Shown here in pieces: positions 1 to 11,967 of a stretch of DNA of 64,000 nt. Every line of letters begins with the position of its first letter. The stretch's first letter is position 1. The notes under the pieces are model-generated. The model ran no database searches. It was not told the DNA's origin and was given only the letters and a program-made list of their open reading frames with translations. The position numbers and the translations under genes are program-made. Origin of the DNA: Dimorphilus gyrociliatus (lineage: Eukaryota; Animalia; Annelida). The stretch lies in NCBI GenBank assembly GCA_904063045.1, contig CAJFCJ010000083.1, forward strand, positions 1 to 64,000. The letters run 5' to 3'.

Positions 1-2128
1 TTCTTGTTGGGAATCTAATTGTTCAGAGATGATTTTAGTCTCATCTAAAAATATACTGACTCATTGTCTGTGTCACTTGTATTTCTTCTCATCTTGGGAT
101 GAATCACCACTATGAGGGACTCATTATCGAATGGTTATGTCAATAATTTCACCTTCAATAATTATTGACTCATTATCCGAATGGTTATATCAATAATTTC
201 GCTTTCAAATTATTGACTCATTGTCTGAACTAGATATTTCATCTCTCTATCAAGAATAATGTTTGCCTCTGAATCTGTATTTTGATCCAGTTCATTATTT
301 GTTTCTGTGTCATCACTTTCAGATGAGCTTGAAGGTTCATTGAGACTGTAATTACTGTCTGTTTAAAGTATTGCTTGTGTCATAACCAGTATCAGAATTA
401 GTAACTTCCATCTCTGAGTCATCACTATCTAGCTTTCTGATGAAGAGTCATGCTGTCCCATCATGGCTATAGTGACTTTGTTAGTTGAGGTTGCCTTATT
501 CTTTCAGCCAGGTTCCCTTTCCTTCTATCAAATTTGAGAGAACACTGTTTAGCTTCAAAATTGAGGTTTGCTCCCACAGTTGTAGGAAATCACAACCAAG
601 TTTATTGCTATGTTAGATTTCCATAACTATAAATTCTTGTTCCATACTTTCTCCAGCAAATTGGATATTCAGCTTTACGCTTCCTTTTGCTTTAAAGCTT
701 TCCCATCAGCTGAAGTTATAATTGGTAAGCCAATTGTTCTTATCCATAATTGTAACATCCATTAACTTGATTTCTTTTTCAGTAATAAAGATCTCAATGC
801 TCCGTGTCACACAAGGCAATGACTTCTTGGCCTTTTTGATCTTCAAACGAATTGAAGTCATTTCTTCCTTCTACCTGAGAAAGATATTGGAGTGTGTTAT
901 TTCCTTCTCCACAAGGTGAAAGATTGTTGTTGCTTCTTCCCTGTTTCCAACTTATTAGATTCATTGCTAGTCTTAATCTGCTACCATGTACCAACTTGCA
1001 TGTATTATCATCCATTTGATTTCATATATCCACTTTTGATGATTGACTTTTGTTATTCGGTATGGCCTAACCATTTTAAAGAAGGATTTTGTTATTGCAA
1101 TTCTTGCAGCATCATTCTTAAGAATACTTCATCATCAACCTCAAAATATTTTGGAAGATTGAGATTTCTATTCTTTCTTTCCCTATATTGTTCTTTTGCC
1201 AGATGATTTACAGAAGGCTGTAGCTCTTAACTTACAATTGCTGCTGGTGATTAATACAAATAGTACATTTGTTTCAGGAGAGGTAGTATGCATTGTTACA
1301 TCAATCAGTGTTCTTGTGCTGTGCCAAAAAGAAGTTCCTGGGTGGTAGTCTTGTACTTCCTACAGGTGATTGATTCAAAAATGCTTGAATCAAGGTAGGT
1401 TTGCAACCCAGTATGCTGATTTTCTTCCACCACTAATTTATTGATTTCCTTCCTCACTTCTCATTTCTTCGTTCAACTAGTCCATTGCTCTGGCTTCTAT
1501 AAGCTGTTGTTTGGATTTTCTCAATACCTAATACCTTCATAAACTCTTTAAAAGCTTTACCAACAAAGTTTCTTCCTTATCTGTCAACATTTGTTTTGGA
1601 ATCCAAAAATGGGAAAAAATCTGTTGAAAAGAAGTTTGCAATTTCTTTACTGGTTCTGTTTGAGTGCATATAAAACTGTGTATCTACTAAATGATCCACT
1701 ATCACAAGTATGAATCTGTATGCTTAACCATGGGTAAGGGTCCCATTATATCCATGGCTACCAACTCCATTGGTGATGCAGGTGAAAGTTTCTACCAAAG
1801 GTATACTCTACTCCTACCATTCATTTGTTCACACAAAGTGCAATCCTTTATTGAATTCTCAATCATAATCTTTAATTTTGGTGCCAAAAGTCTTTGTAAT
1901 TATTTGTAATGTCATTCTGGTCCATGGTGATTGTGAATTTTATTTTTATGGAATTTAGGAGCAGATTAGCATCAAATGGTCAGGTAAAACCAGAATGTTT
2001 CTTTCTTCAAGGATAATCCAGATCATTTCCTTGTGAACAAACATCTCCATTATGAAAGGTGTAAAAGTTCCAAAATAAGAATAGGTAGCTGACCATCCAT
2101 GTTAAATATTCTTTAATTGATTTTAAAT
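1..2128 (-). pseudogene. Integrase + second aspartic protease + acidic linker of copy 1, broken by many 1-bp deletions (probably consensus errors)
   Basis: Near-identical to 11855-14030 apart from scattered single-base, mostly homopolymer deletions; the ORF 794..1015 retains VIALCDT. Confidence 0.88.
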
Positions 2129-5100
2129 TCACATCTTTTCTTGCTCTGACTGTAAGTCAACAGAAGACAAATCAATTTTCTCTTCACTGTTATCACTGGT
2201 AGCTACAAAAGTTAACTCTGGTGTATGTTCATACTGTTCCATTTTAACTGAAATAGAGGGAGAATTCTCCTTTTTGATCTTTCCATGAATTAGCTCTTCA
2301 AATGTTACTTTCCTTGGGGGTGTATATTCTTCTAATCTTGTTAATGCATCTGCTCTATTTTTTCGTCCTGTCACATAGTTAATTGTAAATTTTAAATCCA
2401 TTAAAGCCATGACCCATTTTGCTGTGCTGACATTCAATTTGTTTTGCTTAAATGTTTGTACTAGACTCTGATGGTCAGTATATAAAAAGAATGGCTTGTC
2501 TTGAAGGTAATGTAAAAATTTCTTTACAACCCAGTAAACACCAAATGCTTCCTTTTGATAGGCTGCATATTTCATTTGATTATTGTTGAATTGTTTTGAA
2601 GCGTAGGCAATGGGTTTCATTGTTTTCTTCCCATTCTCATCTACATAAACTTGTTCAAGAACTCCTCCTACAGCTACATTCGATGCATCTGTTGTTAAGT
2701 GAAAATCTTTAGCAAAATCAGGTAGTTGTAATACAGGAGGGTTAACTACTGCATCTCTCAACTTGAAAAATGATTGCTTGGCTTCCTCAGTCCATTGCAA
2801 TTTATCCTTTTTCCCATGTAGTTTCATTAACATATACAGAGGTTTAGCTACTCTTGCAAAATCTTGTATAAATTTTCTGTAATAGCCACAAAATGCAACA
2901 AAGCTTAGTAGTGAATTTGCAAACACTGGTGGCTGTAAATTATATAATTTATCTGTCTTGGACTTATCTGTTTCAATCCCCTTTTCTGATACAATGTGTC
3001 CCAAGAATTGAACTTGTTCTTTCAAAAACACACATTTACTTAGTTTAATCTTAAAATTGTACTTTTGAATCTGTTGAAGAATGGTCTCCAATGCTTCCCA
3101 ATGTTGGTCCAGCGACTTGGTAAATATTATTATGTCATCAAGGTAGTTTAGGCACAAATGCTTTACATCCTTTAGCACAAATGAATTCATTACATAACTA
3201 AAATGAGGAGGGGCATTGGTTAATCCAAAAGGCATCTTAATAAATTCAAACAAGCCAAAAGGTGTAATAAATGCTGTTTTAGACCTATCTTCTTTCTTGA
3301 TGTTAATGTGGTGGTATGCACTTGTCAAATCCATTGTAGAAAAGAATTTATTTCCTCCTCCCAAATGGTCAAAAAGATCATCTTGATTTGGCAGTGGATA
3401 CTTGTTTTTAACTGTCATTTTGTTTAGTTTTCTATAATCTACACACATTCGTAGACTACCTTCCTTCTTTCTTACGAAAACAATTGGTGAAGCCCAATTG
3501 CTCTTGCTTGGTTGAATAACTTTGCTTTTTACCAATTCAGCTATCTGTTGCTTACATTCTTCTTGTTTTTGAGGAGGCATTCTATATGGCCTTTGTCTAT
3601 ATGGTGTTGAACCTGGTTCAAGAGTTATTTCCAAGGGTGGTACCTCTGGATTGCCAATATCAAATCTGTCTTCTGCAATAGTTTCTTTATATTTTGCCAG
3701 AATTTGGGTAACTTTGTTCTTCATCTCGGGATTTTCTTGTTCAATTGTTGTCTGAAGGGTATGTATTTGACTCTCATTCTTTTTCATAATAAGAGGAACT
3801 GGGTAAAACCCTTTGAAAGATAAGTGTTGTGTTCCAACAGGGTAATTCTTTTCTGTACCTGGCTGGAGTATAATCTGTCTCTTGCCAAAGTCAAGGGTAG
3901 CTCCATTTTGTTGTAGAAAGTCACACCCAATAATACATTGTTGTGTAATGATTTTGTTGATCAGAAAGCGTTGTTTAATAATCTTTTCATTAAAATAAAG
4001 TCTGAGAATGATTTCTCCACATATCTCGATGCTATTTCCTGAAGCATCTCTAGCATTTTTCACAGTTTGTTCTGGGAAGGATGCTTTTCCTTGAACTTGT
4101 CTTAATACCTTTTTTGAAATGAAAGATCTGTCACTACCAGAGTCTATCAAGGCATCAAACTTAAAACCAGTATTAGTTTCAAATTGTCCAATAAATGTTG
4201 AAGCATTTCGCTCAGATTGTTTGCTTTGTAACAGCTGACAAGTGGATTCGTCACTATCTGAAAAACAGAGAATATCTTGAACTTCGTCGTTTTCTGACAT
4301 GCTTTCATTGTCTAATGTTTCTAATTTTTGTAGCTTAGGTTCCTCTTTCAGTATCGTCTTTGCTGGTTGATTTTTCTTATAATACCTATTTGTTGTAGTT
4401 GGTGCATACTTTTGGACTTTTTGGCTTGAAAACTTTTCTTTAGTAGCATTTTTGTTGTCAGGTACATGCTTTCTATTCCAGAAATTTGGGGTTTCTGTAG
4501 AAGCATCTTTTCTGATTACCTGGGTCTTTTTGGTCTCTTTTCTTTGTTGAGTTTCCAATTTTGACACCATTGTGATCAGTTTTCTTTGAGTTAGTTTTAA
4601 TGAAGTTTCTGCTTGCTTAGCAGCCTCATATAGTTCTGCCAATGTTTGACATTTAGGATGTAAGGTGTACACTAAATGTAGAATATCCTGTTGTAATCCT
4701 CTTTGTAAAACTTCCATCAGTTTTATTTCTTTCATAGTTGCAAGCAATTGTGGTTCCATTGGTCTAGGTGGAGAAAACCTCTTTATCAATTTCTTTGCTC
4801 TATTAACAAACTGAACCACACTTTCGCCATTCATTTGCTTTAAGTTAAGCAATTTCTCCTGATACTCCAAAGGATCTAGATCAAATTCGTCATGGAGGGC
4901 TTTCCATATTTCCTCCACAGTAGGCTCTCCATCCAGAGCCAACACCAAATCCTTTGCAGGACCAGTTAAATAATCTAAAAGATTTGCTTTCACAACATCT
5001 TCTCCTATCCAACCATAAGCATAACATGCCTGATTAAAGTCTTCTTTGAATTTTGAACACTCCTTGCTTCCATCATACAACTTGAGAATAGTTCTTTGAG

Positions 5101-5371
5101 GGCGGTCCCAAGCAGCCCTTAATGCTTGAATTACTGTTGTGATATCAACATTTGGGTTCTGTGCTGGGTGATGTGTTCCATCTCCATGATCTGTTGGAAT
5201 TGTGATTCGATTTCTTTTCATTTCACTCACCAATCTATCATAGTCTTCAATTAGTCTCTGTTGCCTTTCTGGCATTTCTGCTGGCTGAATTGTAATTGTT
5301 GGAGTTGCTGGGGTTGAAGGGTTAGAGTCTGTAACTGCCCCAGTGGCATTTCCATTTCCTCCTTCTGCCAT
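2129..5371 (-). CDS. Gag-protease-RT-RNase H polyprotein of copy 1 (single frame, no gag/pol frameshift)
   Basis: Protease LIDSGS...IIGCDFL; RT RMCVDYRKLN, MPFGLTNAP, YLDDIIIF; RNase H TTDAS, KEAFGV, TDHQSL, NRADALTR. First ATG after the PBS is MAEGG at 5371. Gag has no CCHC knuckle. Confidence 0.95.
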   Translation of the reverse strand: MAEGGNGNATGAVTDSNPSTPATPTITIQPAEMPERQQRLIEDYDRLVSEMKRNRITIPTDHGDGTHHPAQNPNVDITTVIQALRAAWDRPQRTILKLYDGSKECSKFKEDFNQACYAYGWIGEDVVKANLLDYLTGPAKDLVLALDGEPTVEEIWKALHDEFDLDPLEYQEKLLNLKQMNGESVVQFVNRAKKLIKRFSPPRPMEPQLLATMKEIKLMEVLQRGLQQDILHLVYTLHPKCQTLAELYEAAKQAETSLKLTQRKLITMVSKLETQQRKETKKTQVIRKDASTETPNFWNRKHVPDNKNATKEKFSSQKVQKYAPTTTNRYYKKNQPAKTILKEEPKLQKLETLDNESMSENDEVQDILCFSDSDESTCQLLQSKQSERNASTFIGQFETNTGFKFDALIDSGSDRSFISKKVLRQVQGKASFPEQTVKNARDASGNSIEICGEIILRLYFNEKIIKQRFLINKIITQQCIIGCDFLQQNGATLDFGKRQIILQPGTEKNYPVGTQHLSFKGFYPVPLIMKKNESQIHTLQTTIEQENPEMKNKVTQILAKYKETIAEDRFDIGNPEVPPLEITLEPGSTPYRQRPYRMPPQKQEECKQQIAELVKSKVIQPSKSNWASPIVFVRKKEGSLRMCVDYRKLNKMTVKNKYPLPNQDDLFDHLGGGNKFFSTMDLTSAYHHINIKKEDRSKTAFITPFGLFEFIKMPFGLTNAPPHFSYVMNSFVLKDVKHLCLNYLDDIIIFTKSLDQHWEALETILQQIQKYNFKIKLSKCVFLKEQVQFLGHIVSEKGIETDKSKTDKLYNLQPPVFANSLLSFVAFCGYYRKFIQDFARVAKPLYMLMKLHGKKDKLQWTEEAKQSFFKLRDAVVNPPVLQLPDFAKDFHLTTDASNVAVGGVLEQVYVDENGKKTMKPIAYASKQFNNNQMKYAAYQKEAFGVYWVVKKFLHYLQDKPFFLYTDHQSLVQTFKQNKLNVSTAKWVMALMDLKFTINYVTGRKNRADALTRLEEYTPPRKVTFEELIHGKIKKENSPSISVKMEQYEHTPELTFVATSDNSEEKIDLSSVDLQSEQEKM

Positions 5372-5409
5372 ATTTACTTTCTCAAAACTTTTGAATAAAC
5401 CAAAAGAAT

Positions 5410-5427
5410 ATCCTGCCAACTGCACCA
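5410..5427 (-). promoter_or_regulatory. Primer-binding site of copy 1 (variant TGGTGCAGTTGGCAGGAT)
   Basis: 4 nt inside the LTR; 3 differences from the copy 2 PBS. Confidence 0.75.
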
Positions 5428-5431
5428 AATT

Positions 5432-6066
5432 TGAACTGCTCTTGCTGGCAAAATTTATGCATTTGCAAGTTATAACAATACTGGTTCTACTCGAACCTTT
5501 AAACAAATGTTTAAATTAAAACTGTTTATTTGCAATAATAATACTTAAGCAAGTAACAATATGAGAGTTCAATAGCAGAGTAGATAGTTTGTAATAGCAG
5601 GTTGCCAAATTACCAAACTGTCTTCCAATGTTGAGGAGTAGATGGATGGTTCCAGTGGAGGTTGTTTCCAGATGATTTTCCCAGGTCCTTGGGTCCAGAT
5701 GGAAGCTGCATGCCAAATGAGAATAATGAGGATTTATATACTTTGAGGTTTGTCTCTGACATCCAATCATCACTTTACAGTTGCCGAAATGTGTAGTTCA
5801 TATTTATCTTTAGTAACAGGATGTTACAAGGTTCAACATTTAGGAAGGTTAATTGAATTATAACTTGGCCACACCCTAGGCAAGTTAATTAAATTATAAC
5901 TTGGCCAAACCTTTATTGGTAATTAAAGATGAACCTTCAAGCTGACTGATCAGACTTATGTTTGGCCAATGTTATAGCATTTTCTTGCGTAGGTTTTAAG
6001 ATGTACATGTATATGTTGCATAAAATAATAGAGTTCAAGCATGTAAAATATAACCAAAGTTGTACA
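5432..6066 (-). repeat. 5' LTR of copy 1 (635 bp)
   Basis: About 98% identical to the LTRs at 8497 and 17345. The minus strand starts TGTACA; the other end is mutated (TGAACT on +). Confidence 0.95.
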
Positions 6067-6099
6067 CCAGTGTACTGTTTAAATTCTTTTGTAACAGTT

Positions 6100-6760
6100 A
6101 CAGCTAATTTACTCCCTTTGTAATAAATTTGAATACCAACACTTTTCTTTGATGTTTTGATATAAGCAAAATCAAATTTAAGTTCTTTAAAATCAGTCCA
6201 AAGAAACTTTTGTTCATTGACAAAAATAAATCATTCATCAATGATGATTGTACCAACTTTACTTTGGATAATGATCTTTTGCATGTAATAATCATCTTTA
6301 AGAACACCTTTAACAATTGTATTGGTTGAATTATGATGTAGAATAGATATATGTTGACCACTTTTTCCAATAATATCATAACAAATATCAACAATTTGTT
6401 TTGTCTTTATATCAATAACATTTTGTGTAAAGTGAGGATCACCATTTCCACCTGGGTTTATTGCGTAAAAGAAAGAGTCAAAATAAATATAAATAAAAGG
6501 AAAAGAAATTATTTTGATCATACCAGGAGGGCAGTTATTTTCTGCATCAGGGGTTGCTGAGGTTGATACCCATTGGTTTGGATTATTTTTATCATTTCCT
6601 AAACATCTTGAATATGCAAAAGAAATAGTAGCCATAAGAACATTTAAGTTCCATTCAGCCAATTTTGTAAAATAATTTGAATCATTGGAAATTGATGAGA
6701 GTACCACTGAATCAACTACATTGTTATATAATAATTCAGAATATGTTGGAGGATTTGGGG
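6100..6760 (-). pseudogene. Fragment of an ITIH C-terminal/VWD-like domain gene
   Basis: GGNGDPHFTQ...DICYDIIGKSGQHISIL...IVKGVL resembles the GDPHF-led ITIH/VWD motif; bounded by the LTR on one side and a repeat on the other. Confidence 0.5.
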
Positions 6761-6762
6761 TC

Positions 6763-6847
6763 GGGTGTGAACGTACCTGGGTGCGAACGTACCCGGGTGC
6801 GAACGTACCCTGGGCGGGTGCGAACGTACCCAGGTACGTTCGCACCC
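6763..6847. repeat. 16-bp tandem units (GGGTGCGAACGTACCC x4) plus an inverted copy; MULE-type terminal repeat
   Basis: Three units + TGGGC + fourth unit, then GGTACGTTCGCACCC, forming a 15-bp stem with a 2-nt loop. Confidence 0.8.
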
Positions 6848-7379
6848 TATTTTTATATTTATTTTATTTTTTGAATTTTGAATAAACATGTACATTGACA
6901 CCCTTTTTTCCTTCTGTTCCTTCATTATATATTTGTTAATATATTGATTTGATAGAATGCAGATATTAAATAGAATACATATCCCATCAATATTAAATTA
7001 CTACTTTAAAAGAAAATGTTGTTGAAAGTGAAATAGCAGCCATTTTAATAGTGATAGTTTTATTAAATAAACTTTCACTTGGAATATTTATCCTTGCAAA
7101 AAGTAAAGCTATATTTACTGAATAAATTTGGACAAAGTTCTTCTTGGAAGCTTCAACAGAAGTGAGTATTATATCTAATCATTGAGATTGTTGATTCATG
7201 ATATTTTGATGTAATATACTATCTTCAATTGTGAAAAAGCTGAATATTTTTCATAAATAAAAATTTCAGCCATTTTGAATATTTGGAAAGGAAATTTATT
7301 GATAACTGGAAATATTTTTAGATAACCATCTACATTTGATTGAAGATTAAAAAATGGCTTTCAAATGTCACAATTGTCA

Positions 7380-8496
7380 TTCAACAATTTATGGAAGGCA
7401 AAAATATTTGAAATGCAGCCTTTGTAAGAATCTTATTCATAGGAAATGCACAGGTATGTAACTCTTTAATCAGCTTTCATGTAATTATATTTTTTTAACA
7501 TATTCTTATAGAAACACATAACATACCAATTTGCAAACCTTGTAACAAAAAGAAAATGTACTGTCATGCTCAAGAAGTTAACTAATCTGGAAATTCATCA
7601 ATTCAAAGTAAATTCTGAAGAAAGCTTTATTGATGAAAGAAATAAGATTGCTGCAGTTGAGGAATCAATATTGGAGGATGAAAATCATGTTCTTTCAGAA
7701 TGCCAATCAATGGACCTAGACTCTTTGGAGGAAGTTGAAGAGAATGCTGAAGAATATTGTGAATCATCCACAAAAAGTGATTTTGAGATTGTAAAAGGAG
7801 AAGTAGAAAGGGACATGACATTTTACTGAATGATGGATATTCTTTTGTTGTTAAACATTAAAACACCATCAAGTACTATTTGGGTGTGCAGTGTGAGAAG
7901 TAAGAAGAAAAGATGTGTGGCCAGAATAAGACAAAATGGAAATTTATTTCTCAAAGGCAATTTGGAACATAATCACAACAGAAAAAAGAATTTAGAAGTG
8001 GATATTAAAGTGAAAACAGATTTGAAAATTGTTTGCAGAAGTGATAATCAAACAATCTGGAAGAAGCATTGCTGAAAAAGTTCTTCTATCCTATGAACCC
8101 AATGCAACTTGTCTTCCTGATATCAACTATTTGAAGAGAATGGCAAACTCAAATAGACAAAAGTTTAGGCCAGTGGAACCTAAAGTGTACAACTTTAATT
8201 TAGATGAAACATTTTTGCCTGATGAATTTTTGCAGAAAAGATATTTGTGAAAATGGAGAAAGAATTTTAATCTTTGCAACAAACCATCAGCTGAATTTAT
8301 TATCAAAATCCAACTGTTGGTACATTGATGGTACTTTCAAGATTGTAAAAGAACCATTTTATCAACTTGTCACTATTCACTCATTTGTTAAGAAGAGTGG
8401 TGATATGAAGCAAGTTCCTCTTGTTTTTATTTTTCTGACTTCAAAGCATACCAAAGCATACTTACAAGCATTTCAAGTAAATATTTCATATTATCT
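7380..8496 (+). mobile_element. PHD-like/FLYWCH/MULE (Mutator, Phantom-like) transposase remnant, truncated by an LTR
   Basis: CSLCKNLIHRKC; WVCSVRSKKKRCVARI...HNH (FLYWCH); WYIDGTFKIVKEPFYQLVTIH...VPLVF (MULE); stops and frameshifts present. Confidence 0.85.
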
Positions 8497-9131
8497 TGTA
8501 CTGCTCTTGCTGGCAAAATCTATGTGTTTGCAAGTTATAACAATACTGGTTCTACTCGAACCTTTAAACAAATGTTTAAATTAAAATGGTTTATTCGCAA
8601 TAATAATACTTAAGCAAGTAACAATATCAGAGTTCGATAGCAGAGTAGATAGTTTGTAAAAGCAGGTTGCCAAATTACCAAACTGTCTTCTAATGTTGAG
8701 GAGTAGATGGATGGTTCCAGTGGAGGTTGTTTCCAGATGATTTTCCCAGGTCCTTGGGTCCAGATGGAAGCTGCATGCCAAATGAGAATAATGAGAATTT
8801 ATATACTTTGAGGTTTGTCTCTGACATCCAATCATCACTTTACAGTTGCCGAAATGTGTAGTTCATATTTATCTTTAGTAACAGGATGTTACAAGGTTCA
8901 ACATTTAGGAAGGTTAATTGAATTATAACTTGGCCACACCCTAGGCAAGTTAATTAAATTATAACCTGGCCAAACCTTTATTGGTAATTAAAGATGAGCC
9001 TTCAAGCTGACTAATCAGACTTATGTTTGGCCAATGTTATAGCATTTTCTTGCGTAGGTTTTAAGATGTACATGTATATGTTGCATAAAATAATAGAGTT
9101 CAAGCATGTAAAATATAACCAAAGTTGTACA
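8497..9131 (-). repeat. 3' LTR of copy 2 (635 bp)
   Basis: TGTACTGC...GTTGTACA termini; I count 10 differences from the LTR at 17345. Confidence 0.95.
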
Positions 9132-9145
9132 ACTTCCCCTTCTTT
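9132..9145 (-). promoter_or_regulatory. Polypurine tract
   Basis: Minus strand AAAGAAGGGGAAGT directly abuts the 3' LTR TGTACA. Confidence 0.85.
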
Positions 9146-9161
9146 GTGAAGATGAGTCCCT

Positions 9162-11749
9162 TCATCTTGATTTAATGAGAATTACAGGTGGTTGTTCTTC
9201 TTCATTAGTTTGATGTTGACTAAAGCTACAACTTTGTTTCATTAGTTTTGGGTTTTCAGGAGAGTTATCTGTGCTCTCACTTGGGGTAGCAATTTCTTCT
9301 CTTTGTTTTCTTCTTCCAATAATATAGTTGAAAATGATGATACATACCATTGACACTACAATACTCAAACAAATATTTCGTATGATAACATAAAGTGTTT
9401 TCCCAGGTTTATAGTACCAACTATGGAAAAACTTTTTAATTCCAGATAAATTGGGTACAATGCCATTTTTCTCTGCAACAGTGACCATGTTATCATACCT
9501 TGCCTGCTTCTGTTCCAGTGAACTGATAACTTGCTTAATTTTTGAGTGCTGGTATGCAATATCCTTCTTTACCCATGGTGGAGTAGATCAGCTAATCTGG
9601 CAATTTCAATTTTTGGTTCAGAAAGGTGATTGTGGATATGTAACTGCATGGATTTTGCAGACACAGTGTGAAATCTGCATCCTCTTTCTGAATAATACAC
9701 ATACGTTTTGTCTTCATTGGTTGGTTTTCTTATAGGATTTAATGGGTTGTGAGTTGTTTTGTAGAATAACTTNTTGGCAATTTCAATTTGGTTCAGAAAG
9801 GTGATTGTGGATATGAACTGCATGGATTTTGCAGACACAGTGTGAAATCTGCATCCTCTTTCTGAATAATACACATACGTTTTGTCTTTCATTGGTTGGT
9901 TTCTTATGGTTTAATGGGTTGTGAGTTGTTTTGTAGAATAACTTGTAGACTTACACTCATTATAGGTAATCTCTTCAGGATTGACTTGCTGTAAAACATG
10001 AGTAACTGTTCTACTTGGAAAAGCAGGTTGTTCATGGTGACAAGTAAAAATTGAGAACATTTGTTATTCTTTTTATCATGCTTAAGTCACAAACTACTTC
10101 TGTTGAGGCTATTGGTGAACATTGTTTAATTATAGCTAATTCTCCCATCTGACTACTGTGCATTCCCAACTCATTTGTTAACACTGTGGTCAATTGAGGA
10201 TCCAAATTTGCTAGTAATGCCATCATTCTGCTTCTTTGAACAAATTGATTGCAGAGAAGACTTGACAGCTGTTGGGTAAACTTTTTTAAATTCTTAAAAT
10301 TTGAATCAATACCATGTAGTAAGGTAGATGTTTGGGCAGCTTCTCTCATTTCCAATGGGAATTTGTGGTATGGGTTTTTACTTATCTTATGTTTCATTTT
10401 GCTTCCTTCTTCATCTGCTTTTTAGCCATTCTCATGTGTAGAGTAAAATAAATTCCTTCATAGGTAATCTTAAATTCTCTGGCTGGTGTCCTTTATACCA
10501 TATGCCCAATGTTGGTAATACCTTCCTTCTTTTTGATTCTTTTCTCACTGTATACATATTTTGAAATCGTCACAGATTGTCTTGTTGCCCTTGTCCAATT
10601 GACTGCTTGCAGCATTTCTTGGAATATTAATAGTTATCCAGCTCCAGTAAGATGGACTAATGGGTTGTTGTAGATGATATATCACAACTTCCTTGAGTGT
10701 GCCTTTATTTCTCATTAGTTTATACTTTGTGTTTGTTTCTCTGTACCATTGGTTAAGACTTGGTAAGGGGTTGTTTCGCTTGTATAGTATAATTTGTTCT
10801 TTAACTTTATTGGGATAGTTTAATAGTCGTTTTTCTTCATTTTTGCCAATCTTCTGATATTGTAGCAAATGTATAGGTGTTCCTTGCTTGTTTCCTGTAT
10901 TAAACTCTGTTCCTCCAGTGGTACTAGTACTTTTGTTCCAGGACCACCAATTCCATCAATAAACTTATCTTGATAAGGGATGTCCAGAATAGAATACCCT
11001 GGACAAGAATAGTGACCAGCAAATTTGATACAACTAATTCTGTTGCTAATTTTATCCATGTGATTGTTGCCCAAGTGTGTAATTATTCTTGAGGTTCCTC
11101 AAGACAATAATTGCCTCTTCTGTTTCACAATAGGACTGCCCTGGTAAACAATCTTCCAGGTAGTCCAGATTAGTTGTAATTTTCATATTAGGAGGTTGCC
11201 AATATGCTTTGCCAAACTGGATAATTGTGGTGTATTCCAGCACCTTGGTAGTTGTTGGCCATGTGTAGGCAGCAGGAAACTGATCTTGGTGGATCCAAGT
11301 GTTTCTTTTCACCATTAAAGGTTTTCCTTGAAAAGATCGTTTGTCTTTTACATCTGTCTGCATTGATCATGAGTTACTTTGATAACTGAGTTAACAATCC
11401 TCCTCTTCTTTGCTCCAAAGAAATAGTAAGTGTAAAAATTAGTTCTTAGATACACTTGACATTTTACTGCTCTTGTTTCAATTTCTTCCAAGTTCAATTC
11501 ATAGATATCAGCTGTAATTGTCTTGGTTTCTTGTGATTCTATATTACAAGTTGGCTCATCTGCTAGATCAAATGCCTGGCTTGGTAGTTGGTTAGAACAA
11601 AAGTATAACGGTGGTTTAAATGTTAAGGTAATGTTTGCACTTGTAACATGGGCACCTTGGTAGGATGGTTTTGGGACTGTTATTGAGTGGATGCAGCCAC
11701 AGATCACCATTACAGTCATCACTAGTGGAAGCCACAACATCTGTTTCAT
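9162..11749 (-). CDS. env: Envelope glycoprotein, class III fusogen-like (herpes gB/chuvirus G-like), split by frameshifts
   Basis: Signal-like MKQMLWLPLVMTVMVICGCIHS at 11749, Cys-rich ectodomain across 6 ORF pieces, LLCNQ..NLDPQ..MGELAIIKQC segment, TM LYVIIRNICLSIVVSMVCIIIFNYII followed by GRRKQR, and a stop just before the PPT. Confidence 0.8.
9598..9944. repeat. ~175-bp tandem duplication around a single N (probable contig-join artefact)
   Basis: 9598-9772 is repeated at 9775-9944 with differing homopolymer indels; N at 9773. Confidence 0.85.
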
Positions 11750-11967
11750 GTTAGCTCTTCCTGTGTTGGCTATAGTTGAATGGTTGAAAATTTTGTGTTG
11801 TTGTTCCACTCTGATAGTTATTCCATCTTCTAACTCTATATATTGTGGTTCCACTTCTTGTTGGGAATCTAATTGTTCAGAGATGATTTTAGTCTCATCT
11901 AAAAATATGACTGACTCATTGTCTGTGTCACTTGTATTTTCTTTCTCATCTTGGGATGAATCTACCA

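Larger units (their letters stand above)
1..6066 (-). mobile_element. Ty3/gypsy LTR retroelement, copy 1 (5' LTR through gag-pol; 3' part runs off the window)
   Basis: 5' LTR 5432-6066, PBS 5410-5427, Gag-PR-RT-RH ORF, then a frameshifted IN-PR2-acidic region colinear with copy 2 (position 1 corresponds to ~11855). Confidence 0.95.

Noticed and set aside
6231-6845. 204-aa ORF as a single gene
   Set aside because: Its N-terminus is translated repeat (GTFAP units) with a non-ATG start, and it reads through a probable intron.
6763-6847. Short direct repeats as a CRISPR array
   Set aside because: Units are adjacent with no unique spacers, the context is eukaryotic and there are no cas genes.
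9598-9944. Biological tandem duplication within env
   Set aside because: It is centred on an N and both units carry different indels, typical of an unmerged contig overlap.
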